DNA of 64,000 nt from the NCBI GenBank assembly GCA_964016885.1, contig OZ024740.1:383594001-383658000 (forward strand). The letters run 5' to 3'. Below are positions 24,966-37,782 of the stretch, in pieces; the first letter of the stretch is position 1, and each line of letters opens with the position of its first letter. The notes beneath the pieces were generated by a model. It saw only the letters and a program-made list of their open reading frames with translations. It was not told the origin of the DNA and did no database searches. Made by a program: the position numbers and the translations under genes. The stretch comes from Eledone cirrhosa. Taxonomy: Eukaryota.

Positions 24966-27900
24966 GTTGGTGACTTGTTCAGATGAAATTTAATTCAGTA
25001 GATCTATGATAGAAGGTATACAAATGATTCATATTTTGGCATGGTGGCTGCTAGATTGTATTAGGCAACACGTACCCTTTTTGATAATTTGTGAGATAAT
25101 TTGGCTTGCTATTTAGTCAAGCGCCCGTGTTGATTTTCCTTCATTGTCATTTTCCTTCATTGTAAAATCAGCCGCTGCGCATATATGCATGTATGCAACT
25201 TTATCAATAGGGGTGTTCGGCTTTTGTCCATTTAATAATGTGCTGTGAAAAACAAGCTTTGTTTTATACATGAGAAATGCTCTAAGTTTGGCTCTATGAC
25301 GTTGATTTGATATTTCTTTCTACCTATTTCGTCATATGACATCACATTTCCATTCTACCTTCCTCAAAATACTTAGGATTTATGTCTTCGAAGAGATACA
25401 TTCAATGCTCTTATGTTAAAAGAGAAGTATAACGCTATGAATCAGTGAATTATTTATATTTTTCAACTGGAAAAATCTAATTTATCACTATGAACATGTT
25501 GAGGAAATAAAAGGAAAGAAGTATAATGATTTCATTTATTGGCCACAAGGGCAAAAGGAGAGAAGTATAATAAACAACAGTTCACTTTATAATGTCTCGC
25601 AGAATATTGAAATCTATTCAATTGTCCAGTTTGAATTTATCGAAGCCTATAGTAGAAATATGCGCGATCGAGGAAATTCTGAAGTTTGAAAAATTGTTTA
25701 AAGTAGAAGGTGTTGGCTTGACATAGAAGACATGTCAACTTTACATTGGTTTAGAAAATAATTTTCAAGTGGGAAGTATTTGCTAGCTCAGAAGAGCAGT
25801 GAATGCATAGCTATGACAGTATAAAAGAAACACCGCATTTAAGAACGAGTGGTTTCAGTGTTTGGTGCGTTAATAATTATTAATTGAATAAGGTATTGGG
25901 AGCCACATAATACACATTTTTGAATTTAGTCTATAATCAAATATAAATGAGTAAAAGCTGATTTTGTGTTAAGTATTTTCATTCACAATGTTAACAACAT
26001 TTAGTAGTGTTGTATATTTGTGACGTTCATCAGACCATCAGCAATTGTTCTGTCTTTGGAGTTGTGAAGAAGTTGATGTTTCTAGTTGTGATTACTTCAT
26101 GCAGTAGAATTATATTTCTTTAATAAATATTTATGCAGTTATTCAGTCATCGATTTGTTGATAGATCTGCTTTAGAATGTTGTCGACTTTGAGCAAAGAA
26201 TTATCGACACCCTATATTAGAAGAATAAGGTCTCGATAATGTATCACGGTAAATCCGGGATAAAACGTTCTATCATCCCATTATAAGGGCCTAGAAATAA
26301 AACATGAAGATCATCAATCCAGAGAATGGATAATGTTGACCATATAACATCCCATTTAAGGCGTTGAAGACATAGCCGGACAGAATGTACCTCGTGGGCA
26401 AACTAAGAAGGAGATCATCAAATAGCGCTCTGCTAGATAGCACCCTCAGTTGCATATCTTACCCAGGAATTTCTTAAGGCAGAAAGCATTCAACGTTTAG
26501 TTTCTATAAAAAAAAAAAAACCTTTCTTCTGCTAAGCAGAAACGATGAATTTTCCGTAACATATTAGATGAACATGTCGGTAAATTTGTTATAAACGAAG
26601 CGTAGTGATTGGACAAGAAAACACATTGAAAATATTGAATGGTTCTTTATAGCTGGTCCCATCATATATTAAATGCGTAAAGAGATGACGAAGTTAATAT
26701 TCTCGGCGATATGTTGCGCAATCACCTGTTTCTATTGATTGCAATGACACCCTGAAGTGATAGAAACATCGAAAAGTTTGGGCAGGGATAGGGCCAGGTC
26801 TGGAGGGTGATGATTGTGAGTAAAGGAAGTTACATCGTCTAGGTCGACCGATTTATTAAGATTTCCTTTATCAGAGAGCAACGTAAAATGAAGTGTTTTG
26901 CTAATAACAAATCACGCAACGCAGCCTAGGAATGGAACCAACGATATCATGACCGAAATTCCAACACCCTTACAACTAAGCCACGCGCCTCCACGTATTT
27001 CACGTTGCTACAGTGTACTCGGCTAAACGTGAGTATTATCAATGACTGGGGGCTTAACCCTGCGATGGATTGGAGAAACCAGGGTAAGCACCCGCCTAAA
27101 GAGCAGTCTGGCTTAAGACTGACTTAGACTTTATCAGAAGCTGGAAACTGTGGAAACTGTGTACATGAGGTAAATGATGAATGATAGATTTGGAAGAATA
27201 TAATGTTTAAATATGAAGGCAAGAAAAGCATCAAATAGCGGAGTAATACCTATGCAACTATTTTAGTTGATATGTGGCTGATAAGAACGATCCTTAAATT
27301 TAGATTGTCCGGGATAACGCGGTAAGCGTTCGACACACGGACACCTCATTTACATTTATAACAGTTATGTTGTGTTTTGAAACTCGTCCCAATTGATACG
27401 AATACGTGATTTTCACTACGTATCGTATGCAGTACCTTTCATTGGGTTTAGTTGTGCAACTGACGAGAAGTTTATTTTAGATTGGTTAGTAGTGAAGCAA
27501 ACTTACACACTGATAGGCGAAGTTACAATCATCTCTTAAGGGTAACGTATAGTAATATATGTTTCAGGTATGACAACTGATGTAGCGTTGTAAGAAATTG
27601 TAAGGTGTATTGTTTGATTAGTGTGTGGGCAGACGATTCAATAGAATGAATTTCAGCTATGGATGGATAATGGTGGGTGTTAGACGTACGAAAAAGCTTA
27701 ACAATGTAATCATGATCTTGTACATTTACAGAGAGTATCTTTCATCGGTATTTTGAAATGTTCATTGATGTTTATGCTTTATTGATGAAGTCAAATCACA
27801 AAACTACCTTAACATATATGGAGTTGACTTCTTAATTTGCCGGAAAAAATAACAGTATTTGAGTAATATTGTTTTATTCATCGCATGTGTATTTTTCGTT

Positions 27901-28439
27901 AACTATTTAATGTTTGATGCATTAAATATACGTAACATTAACAGAACTTGTAAATGTGTATTTAAATTAATCAATGGTAACTACGTGTACAATAATTATT
28001 GTCTTCAAGCAACTTTATCAAGCTATTGTATAGCAAAGAAATCAATATTAAAAAAAGAATTAAATAAAAGCTACACAAGCCATCTTTATCTACATTTACG
28101 TGTTCATATGATGTTTTCATTAAATGTGCAATCTTTTAAATTAAGATGGTTCTATCGAACTAGAAATATAAAATTCAGTCTTCTACAAGTTACAACATAC
28201 TTTGGGTGATTCTTCTCCGTCTTTTACTAAATATTAAGAAGAAATAGTCTCCATAATTTATACGCCATGGGAACCGCGTTTTGATCAAAATAATAGAACA
28301 ACTTACCTTAGGGTCAATTTTATCTGCCCTTTCATCTTCACACACACACACAGATACACGCACGCGCATATACACACTCATATAGGCGTGTGCAATATGA
28401 AACAATATATATAAAATCGATTCAATAAAATATGCCCAA

Positions 28440-29084
28440 CAGGGTGTCCGACATCATGCTTTGCAGCATAGAGTTATGGCCATTTACCCCTGAGTTCAAA
28501 TCCCGCCGAGGTTTGTTTTACCTTTTATCCTTACTAAGGGTAGATAAAATAAAGCACCTGTAATGCACTGGGGTACTTTCAGGCCTTGTGCCAAAATTGG
28601 AAACAATTATTACATTCTCGCTTCAGTTCAACTTTTCTACAGTTCGACAAGTCTACAATATATTGTGCGTCATTGTATCGAAATAATAAATTCTTAAATT
28701 ACTGTACCTTGTTCAAGTAACTACGCAAATGGGAAAATAAACAAGCCAGGACATAAATGATTCACACGGCGGCAGTAGGAGCCCATTCGGGTACAATAGA
28801 TATTTGTTTCTACTTTTGGCACAAGGACCATAACTCTATGCTGCAGAGCATGGTGTCCGACCCTCTACCGATACTGCCAATCCACTGCCCTAATAATAAT
28901 TATTATTTCTAATGTTGGCACAAGGCCAGCAATTATCCAGTACATTACTGGTACTTTATTTGATCGACCCCGTAAGGATGAAAGGCAAAGTTAAGCTCGG
29001 TGGGATTTGAACACAGATCATGAAGGGAGGTAACTCTATGCTTCAAAGCATGGCGCCGACCCTCTACCGATACTACCATCCACC
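28440..29084. mobile_element. Cluster of three tRNA-SINE copies (28440-28612 +, 28805-28890 -, 28890-29084 -)
   Basis: GAGTTCAAATCCCGCCGAGG and the reverse complements of the head and body of the 11745 SINE; (TAA)n tail. Confidence 0.75.
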
Positions 29085-29199
29085 GGGTTTCGTAGGCTGT
29101 TTTCAGTGGCAAGGCTTTTGACCAACTAAAATATTCTGTCCAGTCGAGCGTTATTTTTGCTTCCTTTCTATTTCCCCTCCCCTTATATGTATACATAAA

Positions 29200-30140
29200 T
29201 AAATAGTTCAGCATTCCGACAACAATTGTTTCACCTTAGCGGTTCCTTAGCTCGTAATGAACATGGTTATACGGAACGGGAAGGACAACCGTACGAACGC
29301 GCATGCGCAGAAACGGTCACTTCACCTAGGCAATACTAAATTGCGTGCGAGAGGTGTAATAGAGATAACTGCGAAAGTCCGAAAGTTTCTAGTTCATAAG
29401 AAAATTATTATGTTGTTGTAATTCAATCCGGAGAATTGTAGTTATGTAAGAGGTGTTTCCAGACGTGTGGAGCAACACCCTACAAGGGTGCTCTTGCCGA
29501 AAGCCCGAAGCTTGTCAATGCAACACACCCGCTGTAGTTTATGAAGCTGTGGTCACTTCCAACCGACCAAATCAACCACAGGAGGTCAAATCATATGTGG
29601 GTATGGCGGAGGGCCGTTTTAAGGAATGCTTCCTGAACCACCAGTCGATCTTTAGGTACAAACGTACATCCACGAAACTCACGAGCCACGTATGGTCCCT
29701 CAATGACTCAATTATAGACTATTCCATTCAATGGAAAGCCATCACTAAGTCCAAGCCATACGCAAGGGGCAATCCGTCGTGTGGACTATGTATTGATGAA
29801 CGAATAATATTCTAAAGAGATTACGCAATAGCGATTGCCTAACCGCAAGAAATGAATTTTCTACACGTTGTCCATGCGTCTAGAAACACCTCTTACATAA
29901 CTACAAAATTCCGCATTGAATTCCAACAACATCCTAATTTACTTATCAACTAGAAACTTTCGGACTTTCGCAGTTATCTCACTTACACCTCTCGCACGCA
30001 ATTTAGGATTGCTTGGGTGAGGTGACCGTTTCTGCGCATGCGCGTTCGTACGGAAGTCCTTCCCGTTCCGTATAACCATGTCCATTACGAGCTGAGGATC
30101 CGCTAACGTGAAACAATTGTTCTCAGTATGATGAACTAAC
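29200..30140 (+). mobile_element. 5'-truncated PLE (Nematis-like GIY-YIG, 29466-29900) with inverted pLTR (29200-29465 vs 29877-30140)
   Basis: CSCR..C.C..VVYEAVV..YVGMAEGRFK..NH..TKLTSHVW..W..PY..CGLC..E; ~260-bp inverted repeats. Confidence 0.85.
30086..30128 (+). ncRNA. Minimal hammerhead ribozyme (mirror copy ~29212-29256 - has G5A)
   Basis: TACGAG-CTGAGGA-TCCGCTAACGT-GAAA-CAATTG-TT-CTCAGTA; stem III palindrome ACAATTGT. Stem II is weak here but reads ACC/GGT in the mirror copy. Confidence 0.65.
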
Positions 30141-30224
30141 TGTTGTGTAACCACTTCTACCTAACTCGTTCCATGGAGTGAGTACTTTACCACTATGAAT
30201 TTACCTTCCCGTTTTCTACCACTA

Positions 30225-30439
30225 TATATATAAGATCCCGTTAAGGGTGAAAGCAGCGACTCTTTGCTTAAACTTTAATCTGTTAATTTAATAAATATCG
30301 GGGGTAATCACAGTAAGTAAGGTACTCAATACAAAGCAGAGTATAAATGTTTACTATAGAAAAGCTTCTACAGTACTAGAACTGTTTCATTCGTGATGAT
30401 TTCTCTCGAATCAAGCAGTTCTAGTCATGTAGAAGTTTT

Positions 30440-30445
<6 letters not shown>
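30225..30445 (-). mobile_element. Short PLE-tail-like element with fold-back hairpin 30355-30445 (tail fragments also at 14530-14597, 41385-41440)
   Basis: Shared GGTGAAAGCAGCGA.TCTTTGCTTAAACTTTAATCTGTT; the hairpin contains GAAA-CAGT..ACTG-TA. Confidence 0.6.
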
Positions 30446-30496
<51 letters not shown>

Positions 30497-30534
30497 TATA
30501 AGAGTGGGAAATGAAATTTCGTTTCATTTTTGCC

Positions 30535-30590
<56 letters not shown>

Positions 30591-30609
30591 AGATTCACCA
30601 TTTGGATAC

Positions 30610-30752
30610 TGGTGCTTTAGTTTGGATCTGTCTGTGGAATCGGCCGGAGCATAACCGCCAGGGTCCTGATCTTTTCTTATTACCCCCTCTACTAACCCAA
30701 GTGTCGAGTACTCTGGTGGGTTATGATCTAGCTGGTTTTACCACACCTTATC
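30610..30752 (+). mobile_element. 3' tail fragment of the 19.5-kb PLE family (others 38061-38200 -, 45662-45848)
   Basis: Shared GAGTACTCTGGTG.GTTATG.TC..TTACCACA. Confidence 0.7.
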
Positions 30753-30793
<41 letters not shown>

Positions 30794-30820
30794 GGGATAT
30801 ATGTATATACAGAGAGAGAA

Positions 30821-31146
30821 AGAGCCATGTTTTGCACAAGAAACACGGTATATTGAATATATACCAAATACATATTCAATATAAGAATATGTACATAGGA
30901 GGAAGCATAATTGAAACCTTATAGCGCTATTTCATACCTGGAGAATATGGCTAAAAATCGATCAATGTAATCAATTATCGAATTACATAAATAATCGATT
31001 GCATATATCGATTTTTAGCCATACTCTCCAGGTATGAAATAGCGCTATACGGTTTCAATTATAATTCTACATTGTACATATTTTCTATTCAATATGTATT
31101 TGGTATATATACAATGTACCGTGTCTCTTGTGCCATACATGGTTCT
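30821..31146. repeat. ~145-bp-arm inverted repeat containing a hammerhead-like 3' half
   Basis: Arms 30821-30965 and ~31000-31146; GAAA-TAGCGCTA-TA at 31036-31049. Confidence 0.8.
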
Positions 31147-31227
31147 AGATAAAATCCATTCTGCTTGCTCATTGAGAAACACAATATTCTAAACATACAT
31201 GTTTGACATGTTTTGATTCATTATTTG

Positions 31228-31276
<49 letters not shown>

Positions 31277-31480
31277 ATACTTTGGGAGGGTCATGTTGCC
31301 AATAATGTTTTCAGATAAAGAATCTTGCTAAACAAATTCATATTAACAAATGGAAACTATATTTATAAAACCATATTTATTTCATTATATTCAAGGGCCA
31401 CCAAAGCAAATATGCTGAGTGCTTTATATCCGTTATAAAAATATTTAGCTTGTTGTATCCAAACAAATTAAATGTAACCT

Positions 31481-31558
<78 letters not shown>

Positions 31559-31649
31559 GTGGAACACTGGAAGGTAATATCCGTAGTGGTAGAGCACTCA
31601 GTCCAAGGGACGAGTTAGGTACCAGCCCTGGTGTCTAGCAACCATCGTT

Positions 31650-32553
31650 ATAATATATATACTACTGTACGTCTGTATACATATATGTATGTACGTATAC
31701 ATACTTATATTTAAGTAACAGCCGTACTAAGTGTGGGAAATTAAATTTCGTTTCATTTCTTCCGTTTATCGTTTTCGGTGCACCCGGCCGATTAACCCAC
31801 TCGATATGCAAATTACGCTGCTCAGCCGTTAATATGCATAAGGAAAGTATATAGTTTCAGATGTTCAATAATCTGGCAGGAAGGTATACGTTGCTGTGGA
31901 TAGCTATAGCTAATAAGCTTGAAACTAGTACAGCGTTCCTTTGTCACTGTTGAACAAACGAGCAACGATGGTTGCTAGACACTACGGCTTAATACGAATG
32001 TTTGTTTACAAACACACCGAGCATTATAATAAATGTTCGGTGAATCCATACGTACATATATATATGTGTGCATGTATGTATATATATATACATACTACTG
32101 TACATCTTTATACATATATGTATGTACGTATACATACTTATATTTAAGTAACAGCCGTACTAAGAGTAGGAAATTAAATTTGGTTTCATTTTTTTCCGTT
32201 TATCGTTTTCGGTGCACCCGGCCGATTAACCCACTCGATATGCAAATTAGGCTGCTCAGCCGTTAATATGCATAAGGAAAGTATATACTTTCAGATGTTC
32301 AATCATCTGGCAGGAAGGTATACCTTGCTGACGATAGCTAATAAGCTTGAAACTAGTACAGCGTTCCTTTGTCAGTGTTGAACAAACGAGCAACGATGGT
32401 TGCTAGACACTACGGCTTAATACGGGATGTTTGTTTACAAACACACCGAGCATTATAATAAATGTTCGGTGAATCAATACGTGTGCATGTATGTATATAT
32501 ATATATACATATTACTGTACGTCTGTATACATATATGCATGTACGTATACATA

Positions 32554-32557
<4 letters not shown>
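31650..32557 (+). mobile_element. Tandem ~428-bp non-coding hammerhead-bearing unit x2 (retrozyme-like or non-autonomous PLE)
   Basis: Direct repeat with HHR GAAA at 31921 and 32349; no real ORF. Confidence 0.8.
32322..32364 (+). ncRNA. Minimal hammerhead ribozyme (copy 31888-31936 has an A6U core mutation)
   Basis: CCTTG-CTGACGA-T-AGC-TAATAA-GCT-T-GAAA-CTAG-TA-CAGCG. Confidence 0.75.
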
Positions 32558-32623
<66 letters not shown>

Positions 32624-32789
32624 TTTCTGTCTTTTAACTCGGTTACTGAAGTATGTTTCAGAAAGCTTTATGAACTGTAATTTCGCATACATATTTATAA
32701 TAAACTGCCACACGTTTGATACGTTTTGATGATGCTATAAACATGAGATTGACTGTGGTTCTCTCCTTTTGATAATAGATCGCTGACCA

Positions 32790-34000
32790 GGGTTGGCAGG
32801 AAATACATTACAACAACGAATGAAAATCGAGTTCATAACATTTTACACGAGGCGTAGATGGTCACTGTCAAAAATGTGATGAAGCTACGAGTAGTTTTAT
32901 CATAATAACCTAAAATTGCAGATTTATCGCCCATGATGGATAATGCGTTATCAGTATTATCGGTATTAGTCAATGAAACAACGAATGCTTAACATTTTTT
33001 GTGATAATTTCAGAATTATCTTAGGAAATGTATATTGAATAGAAGAAATAGGAATGTTATTTAAGACACGTTTTTATTAGGATTGGTTCAAGTCCGATTC
33101 GTGAGATTGATTTCAAAAAAGATTATTCGAAACGTATTGTATTATATCGAAAGAGAATAGTTCCCTAGTAAATTGAATGGTTTGATTTTAATCACGGAAC
33201 GACTATAGATTTCATAAAATAAAACTCCTTTTCAAATTGATATGATCAGAGTATGATTTCACTCATATGAAACTATTTCATAAAGCTGAAACGCAATTGA
33301 TATCAAAAGGAAAAGAGAGATGACAGAACAGGCGTTTGGGGTTAGAAAGATTATTTTTCCTCTTGATTTACAGAAAAAGCAAGAACGTAAGCGTAAAATG
33401 TTCAATGATTATTCACATTTATCATTTTGCTCGCTTGTTGATTTTGTTTAGAATCACACCAAGAAGAAGCAAATTTTGGAACATTATGATTAATTTACTC
33501 GTTTTAATGTAAAATATATAACAGATTATGGAATGAATAAGTAAAATATTGCAGCTTTATTTCATTCTCAATGCTGACTAAATAATATACAAAATCAAAA
33601 CATTCCTTGCGGTATTAAACATTTGACAAAATATACAATTGAACATTTAGAATCTTTTAAAATAGAAATCAATAGATATTTCTAAAATATCAATAAAAAA
33701 TATCCAATTCTGAAATGTTGCTGGAATCTCTTATCAATATATACATAAAATATTTCTGAAGCAATGGAAGAACAGGAAACCGATCTTATTTGTGATAGTT
33801 TTTCAGAGTTATGATAGTTTTTCTCGAGAACGAGCTTTGATGATTTAGAGATCAGATACAAAAATTCGGAAACATGCGTGTATGAATCCATTTTTTCTGC
33901 TTTTGTCATAAGAGAAACAATGTTCACCAGAGGTCTATTTAAACAAAGAAATGTGGTGAGCTGGAAATACACTGCACACAAATTTCCAAATTTTAAGTGA
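32790..34000 (+). pseudogene. Possible ancient hAT transposase fossil
   Basis: Only a short FG/TCVYESIFSA stretch near 33865-33900 resembles the hAT dimerisation motif FGSTY.CES.FS; no long ORF. Confidence 0.25.
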
Positions 34001-34492
34001 AAAAATATCACTATCAGAAATCTCATTATTAATATGAGAATTAAATGAATTCAAAATGTTTAAAACGCCGTTTGTTAGAAGAATATTTTAATTTTAAAGA
34101 AAATTAAGATTGGACGATGAGATATATTTCTAAATAAACTTACACTCAAAGAAAGAATAATTAAAGTTAGAGACAGAAAATTATAATCTCATCTTTCTAG
34201 AAAATTATTCTAACTAAATCCAACTGAAATACCGCTAGGTATTTCATATTAGAGATTGAAATCTCGAGTGCTTACTGGAGCTTTAAAGAGACACATTGAA
34301 CCATTTGTAACATACAAAGCACTGAACTACATTTTATATAGTATAATTTACTTTTTTTTTTTTTTAAAGCCATACTCGCATACAATTATGTTAATGTCGG
34401 GGTTTGTTGCTTTTTTAGCAGTATGAATAATAACAAACTACTGTTACTAGAATCAAATTTATTACATCATGTATTAGATTCTCCGTCAAAAG

Positions 34493-34554
<62 letters not shown>

Positions 34555-34597
34555 TTATATATATATATATATATAATTATATATATATATATATATA

Positions 34598-35449
34598 TTG
34601 TTATACTTTGGGAGGGTCATGTTGCCAATAAGAAACACACGCAACAGTTGCTTTCACTTCAATTTATTATATATTTATAAATTTATAAATTTACAAATCT
34701 ACAAACTTATAAATTTCTGGTTGGTTGGTTGGTTCCACAACCAGATAGTTGTTTATATATAGTCATAGTCCTAGTCCTTTCGTCACACACTCTGTGACCT
34801 CTTCAGTGACTGGGGATTCCTTTCTTTGTTTCTGTGCATTTCCTTTCTTCTGTCCTACGCCATTTTGTTTCTGTGTGTGTGTTGTGTGCTCAGTTTGCGC
34901 ATGCGCCACATCCGGGTGTCTGTGTGTGTTTGTGTTAATTTATCTATTTGTTTATTTATTTACATGTTGTTGGTTGGTTGTTTGTTCTATGTGTGTGTGT
35001 GTTTTCATTTTGTCCTTAATTGTAAGTTGTGATGTTGCTGTTCCACTCATATTTTCTATTTAATTTTGGTTGTAATTCTTTTATGCTTACTGCCTCTGTA
35101 ATTTGCCTAAACATTGCATCTTTTCTGTGTGTGGATTCTATTTTTATTTCTATGTTCTCTAATTTACCCTCGTGTTCTATCTTAGCATGTTGGTAGAGTA
35201 CAGATGATTCTTTATTATCTTGAAGGTCTCGCCAGTGCTCATTTATCCGTTCCCCTATACTACGAGCTGTCTCACCTATGTACACTATATTTTTGTTTCT
35301 ACATTGTCCTTCAGTACATCTTATGCTATACACTACATTTCTAGTTTTACAGTTAATATGGGGGCTTATTTTACAGGTTATACATTTCTTATCTATACAT
35401 GAGGGTCTTTGGAACGGGTCTGTCTTGCTAAACACTTATTAGCAAGACA
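34598..35449 (-). mobile_element. 5'-truncated Naiad-like PLE (GIY-YIG plus pLTR, HHR at 34761-34811) in (TA)n, with a 5' micro-inversion
   Basis: ORF 35016-35435 matches the C-terminus of the 39-kb ORF; TGTCTTGCTAA-ACACTTA-TTAGCAAGACA hairpin at the 5' junction. Confidence 0.9.
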
Positions 35450-35535
35450 AGTAAAGTGTTCGATGTTGTGATAATGGTTAGCAGGGATGTGTGTGCGCAC
35501 CGCAGCCTGTTGTCAGTTCAAATGGCTATTAAGAT

Positions 35536-35569
<34 letters not shown>

Positions 35570-35959
35570 ATAGCAGAGTATTTCGTGGTAGCGGGATGGT
35601 CAGTAGGAATGTGTCTGTAAGCAGTGGGGGGTATTTTAGCATGTCAAAAGATATTTTTCAGCTTTTGTCTTATACGGAGAAATGTGTGTGTGTGTGTGTG
35701 TATAAGTCTCTTTGTATGTTAATGTACGCGTGTGTATGTGTGTGTGTGTGTGTGTATATATATGTGTGTCTGTGTGTGTCTGTGTGAATGTGTGTGCGTG
35801 TGTGTGTGTGGGGGGGTGGACCAGTACTTTTATCCCCTGGTAAAATGGTGTACATTATTCGATATTTTCAGTAAAATCGGTTCTCTTAATAGAACATAAA
35901 AAATCTTAACAATAAAAGGTGTGAAATGATATTCACTATATATATATATATACATATAT

Positions 35960-36011
<52 letters not shown>

Positions 36012-37317
36012 TTTTTTTGTGTTGCACCATAGAGCATGTGTGTTTACGTATGTCATTGTGTTTATATGTGGGTAGAGATGTGTGCTGATGTAGGTATGTA
36101 TGTTGACGTGTGTATGTTGTGGGTTCGTCTTAGGGAGAAGTGTTTAGACGGGGTCCGTATTTGTTAATAAAGTAAGATTCCTTGCTGATGCGCTGGGTGT
36201 GGGTGGCAATATCTTTAAATTTGTAGAGGGGAAAGATTCTGAAGTTGGGATGATTTTGGGCGGCACAGGTATCAATTTGTTCACTCAGTGGTATTTTCAT
36301 GTATTCCCGTATTTTAATTTGGGATCTATGGACAGTCAAGCGTTAGCAGAGGCTGATTTGGGTCTGGCCTATGTATTGTTCTCGACAACCTGCGCAAGTT
36401 ATTACATATATTAGATTTTCCGATGCGCATGTGAAATTGTATTTTACTATAAAACGTTGTCCTTCTTTGAAATATAATTCCGAACCCTCTATTAGGTTGA
36501 TGCATATGCCACAGTTGTGTCTATCGCATTTTTTTACTGTGGGTTTCGTCGTTGTGGTTGGCAGTACTTTGGCATGTGTTACGATGTTTTTCATTGACTT
36601 GGATTGTCTTTTGCTCTTTATGATATCGTGTGTTCGTAGGATTTGTTTCATTCTATGATCTTTTTTAACACAGGGATGTTCGGGAGGATGGTGTCAAAGG
36701 CCTCATTGTTGAGGGGGTTGTGTGTGGAGATGTATGGAAGAGCTTTTAGTTTCGGTTGATTTACTTTAGGGTGTCTAAGATCATGGGTACTGAGTTTTAG
36801 GGCACGTTGGATTCCATTGTCAATTAGTGATGCAGGGTAGCCCCTGCCTATGAGTGTGTCCTTTAGTTCTTGTAGCCGTAAGTAGCAGGTGTTTTTATTG
36901 GAGACTATAGTACAGATTCTCTTGGCTAAGTTGTAGGGAATATTAATTTTAACGTGTCTAGGGTGGCAAGAGTTGAAAGGAAGATATTGCTTGTTGTCTG
37001 TGAGCTTGTAGTATATGTCTGTTTCTATTTTTTTGTTATGGATCTTAATGAGGATGTCGAGGAAGGGGAGTTCTTGATGGCTGTATTCCATCGTGAAGTT
37101 AATATTCGTGTGAGCCCATTTATAAGGGTGTGGGATTCTTTAAGTTTTTTTCTCACACACACACAGACACATACACACGCGTACATTAACATACAAAGAG
37201 ACTTATACACACACACACACACGCACACACACACACACACTTCTCCGTATAAGACAAAACCCCCATTGCTTACAGACACATTCCTACTGACCGACCCGCT
37301 ACTACGAATTACTCTGC

Positions 37318-37404
<87 letters not shown>

Positions 37405-37492
37405 ATCTTAATAGCCATTTGAACAGTCAACAGGCTGCGGTGCGCACACACATACCTGCTAACCATTATCACAACATCGAACACTTTACTAC
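35450..37492 (-). mobile_element. 5'-truncated Neptune-type PLE (coding 36130-37138) with inverted copy of its 3' region (35450-35760 vs 37152-37492)
   Basis: ELPFLD, DIYYKLTDNKQYLPFNSCHP, RGYP, C..CGIC, CASENLIYVITCAGCREQYIGQT; the flanks are reverse complements. Confidence 0.88.
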
Positions 37493-37535
37493 TACTACAC
37501 ACACACACACATATTTGTTGTGAAAGAGTCATTTC

Positions 37536-37782
37536 TCAGTCTTGGCGCCAAATCAATTTTTTTCATTCACATGGCCTCTACCGACCAATCAAAATTGTTT
37601 TGACCACATAAATTTTTCCAACACCAAGTAGCGCTGGAGCCACTTTTTTAACATAAAAAGAGTCTTGGCGCAAAATCAATTTTTTGCATTCACATGACCT
37701 CTACCGACCAATCACAATTGTTTTGACCACAAGAATGTTTGCAACACCAAAGTAGCGCTGGAGCCACTTTTTAACATAAAAA
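37536..37782. repeat. Tandem duplication, ~125-bp unit x2
   Basis: AGTCTTGGCGC..CTCTACCGACCAATCA..GTAGCGCTGGAGCCACTTTTTAACATAAAA occurs twice. Confidence 0.85.

Noticed and set aside
22800-28400. Host exons in the unique AT-rich stretch
   Set aside because: No recognisable protein similarity; small exons cannot be excluded without RNA-seq.
35571-35630. Hammerhead in the Neptune-type inverted repeat (CTGACCA..CGAAA)
   Set aside because: The core and stems are not satisfied in either copy.
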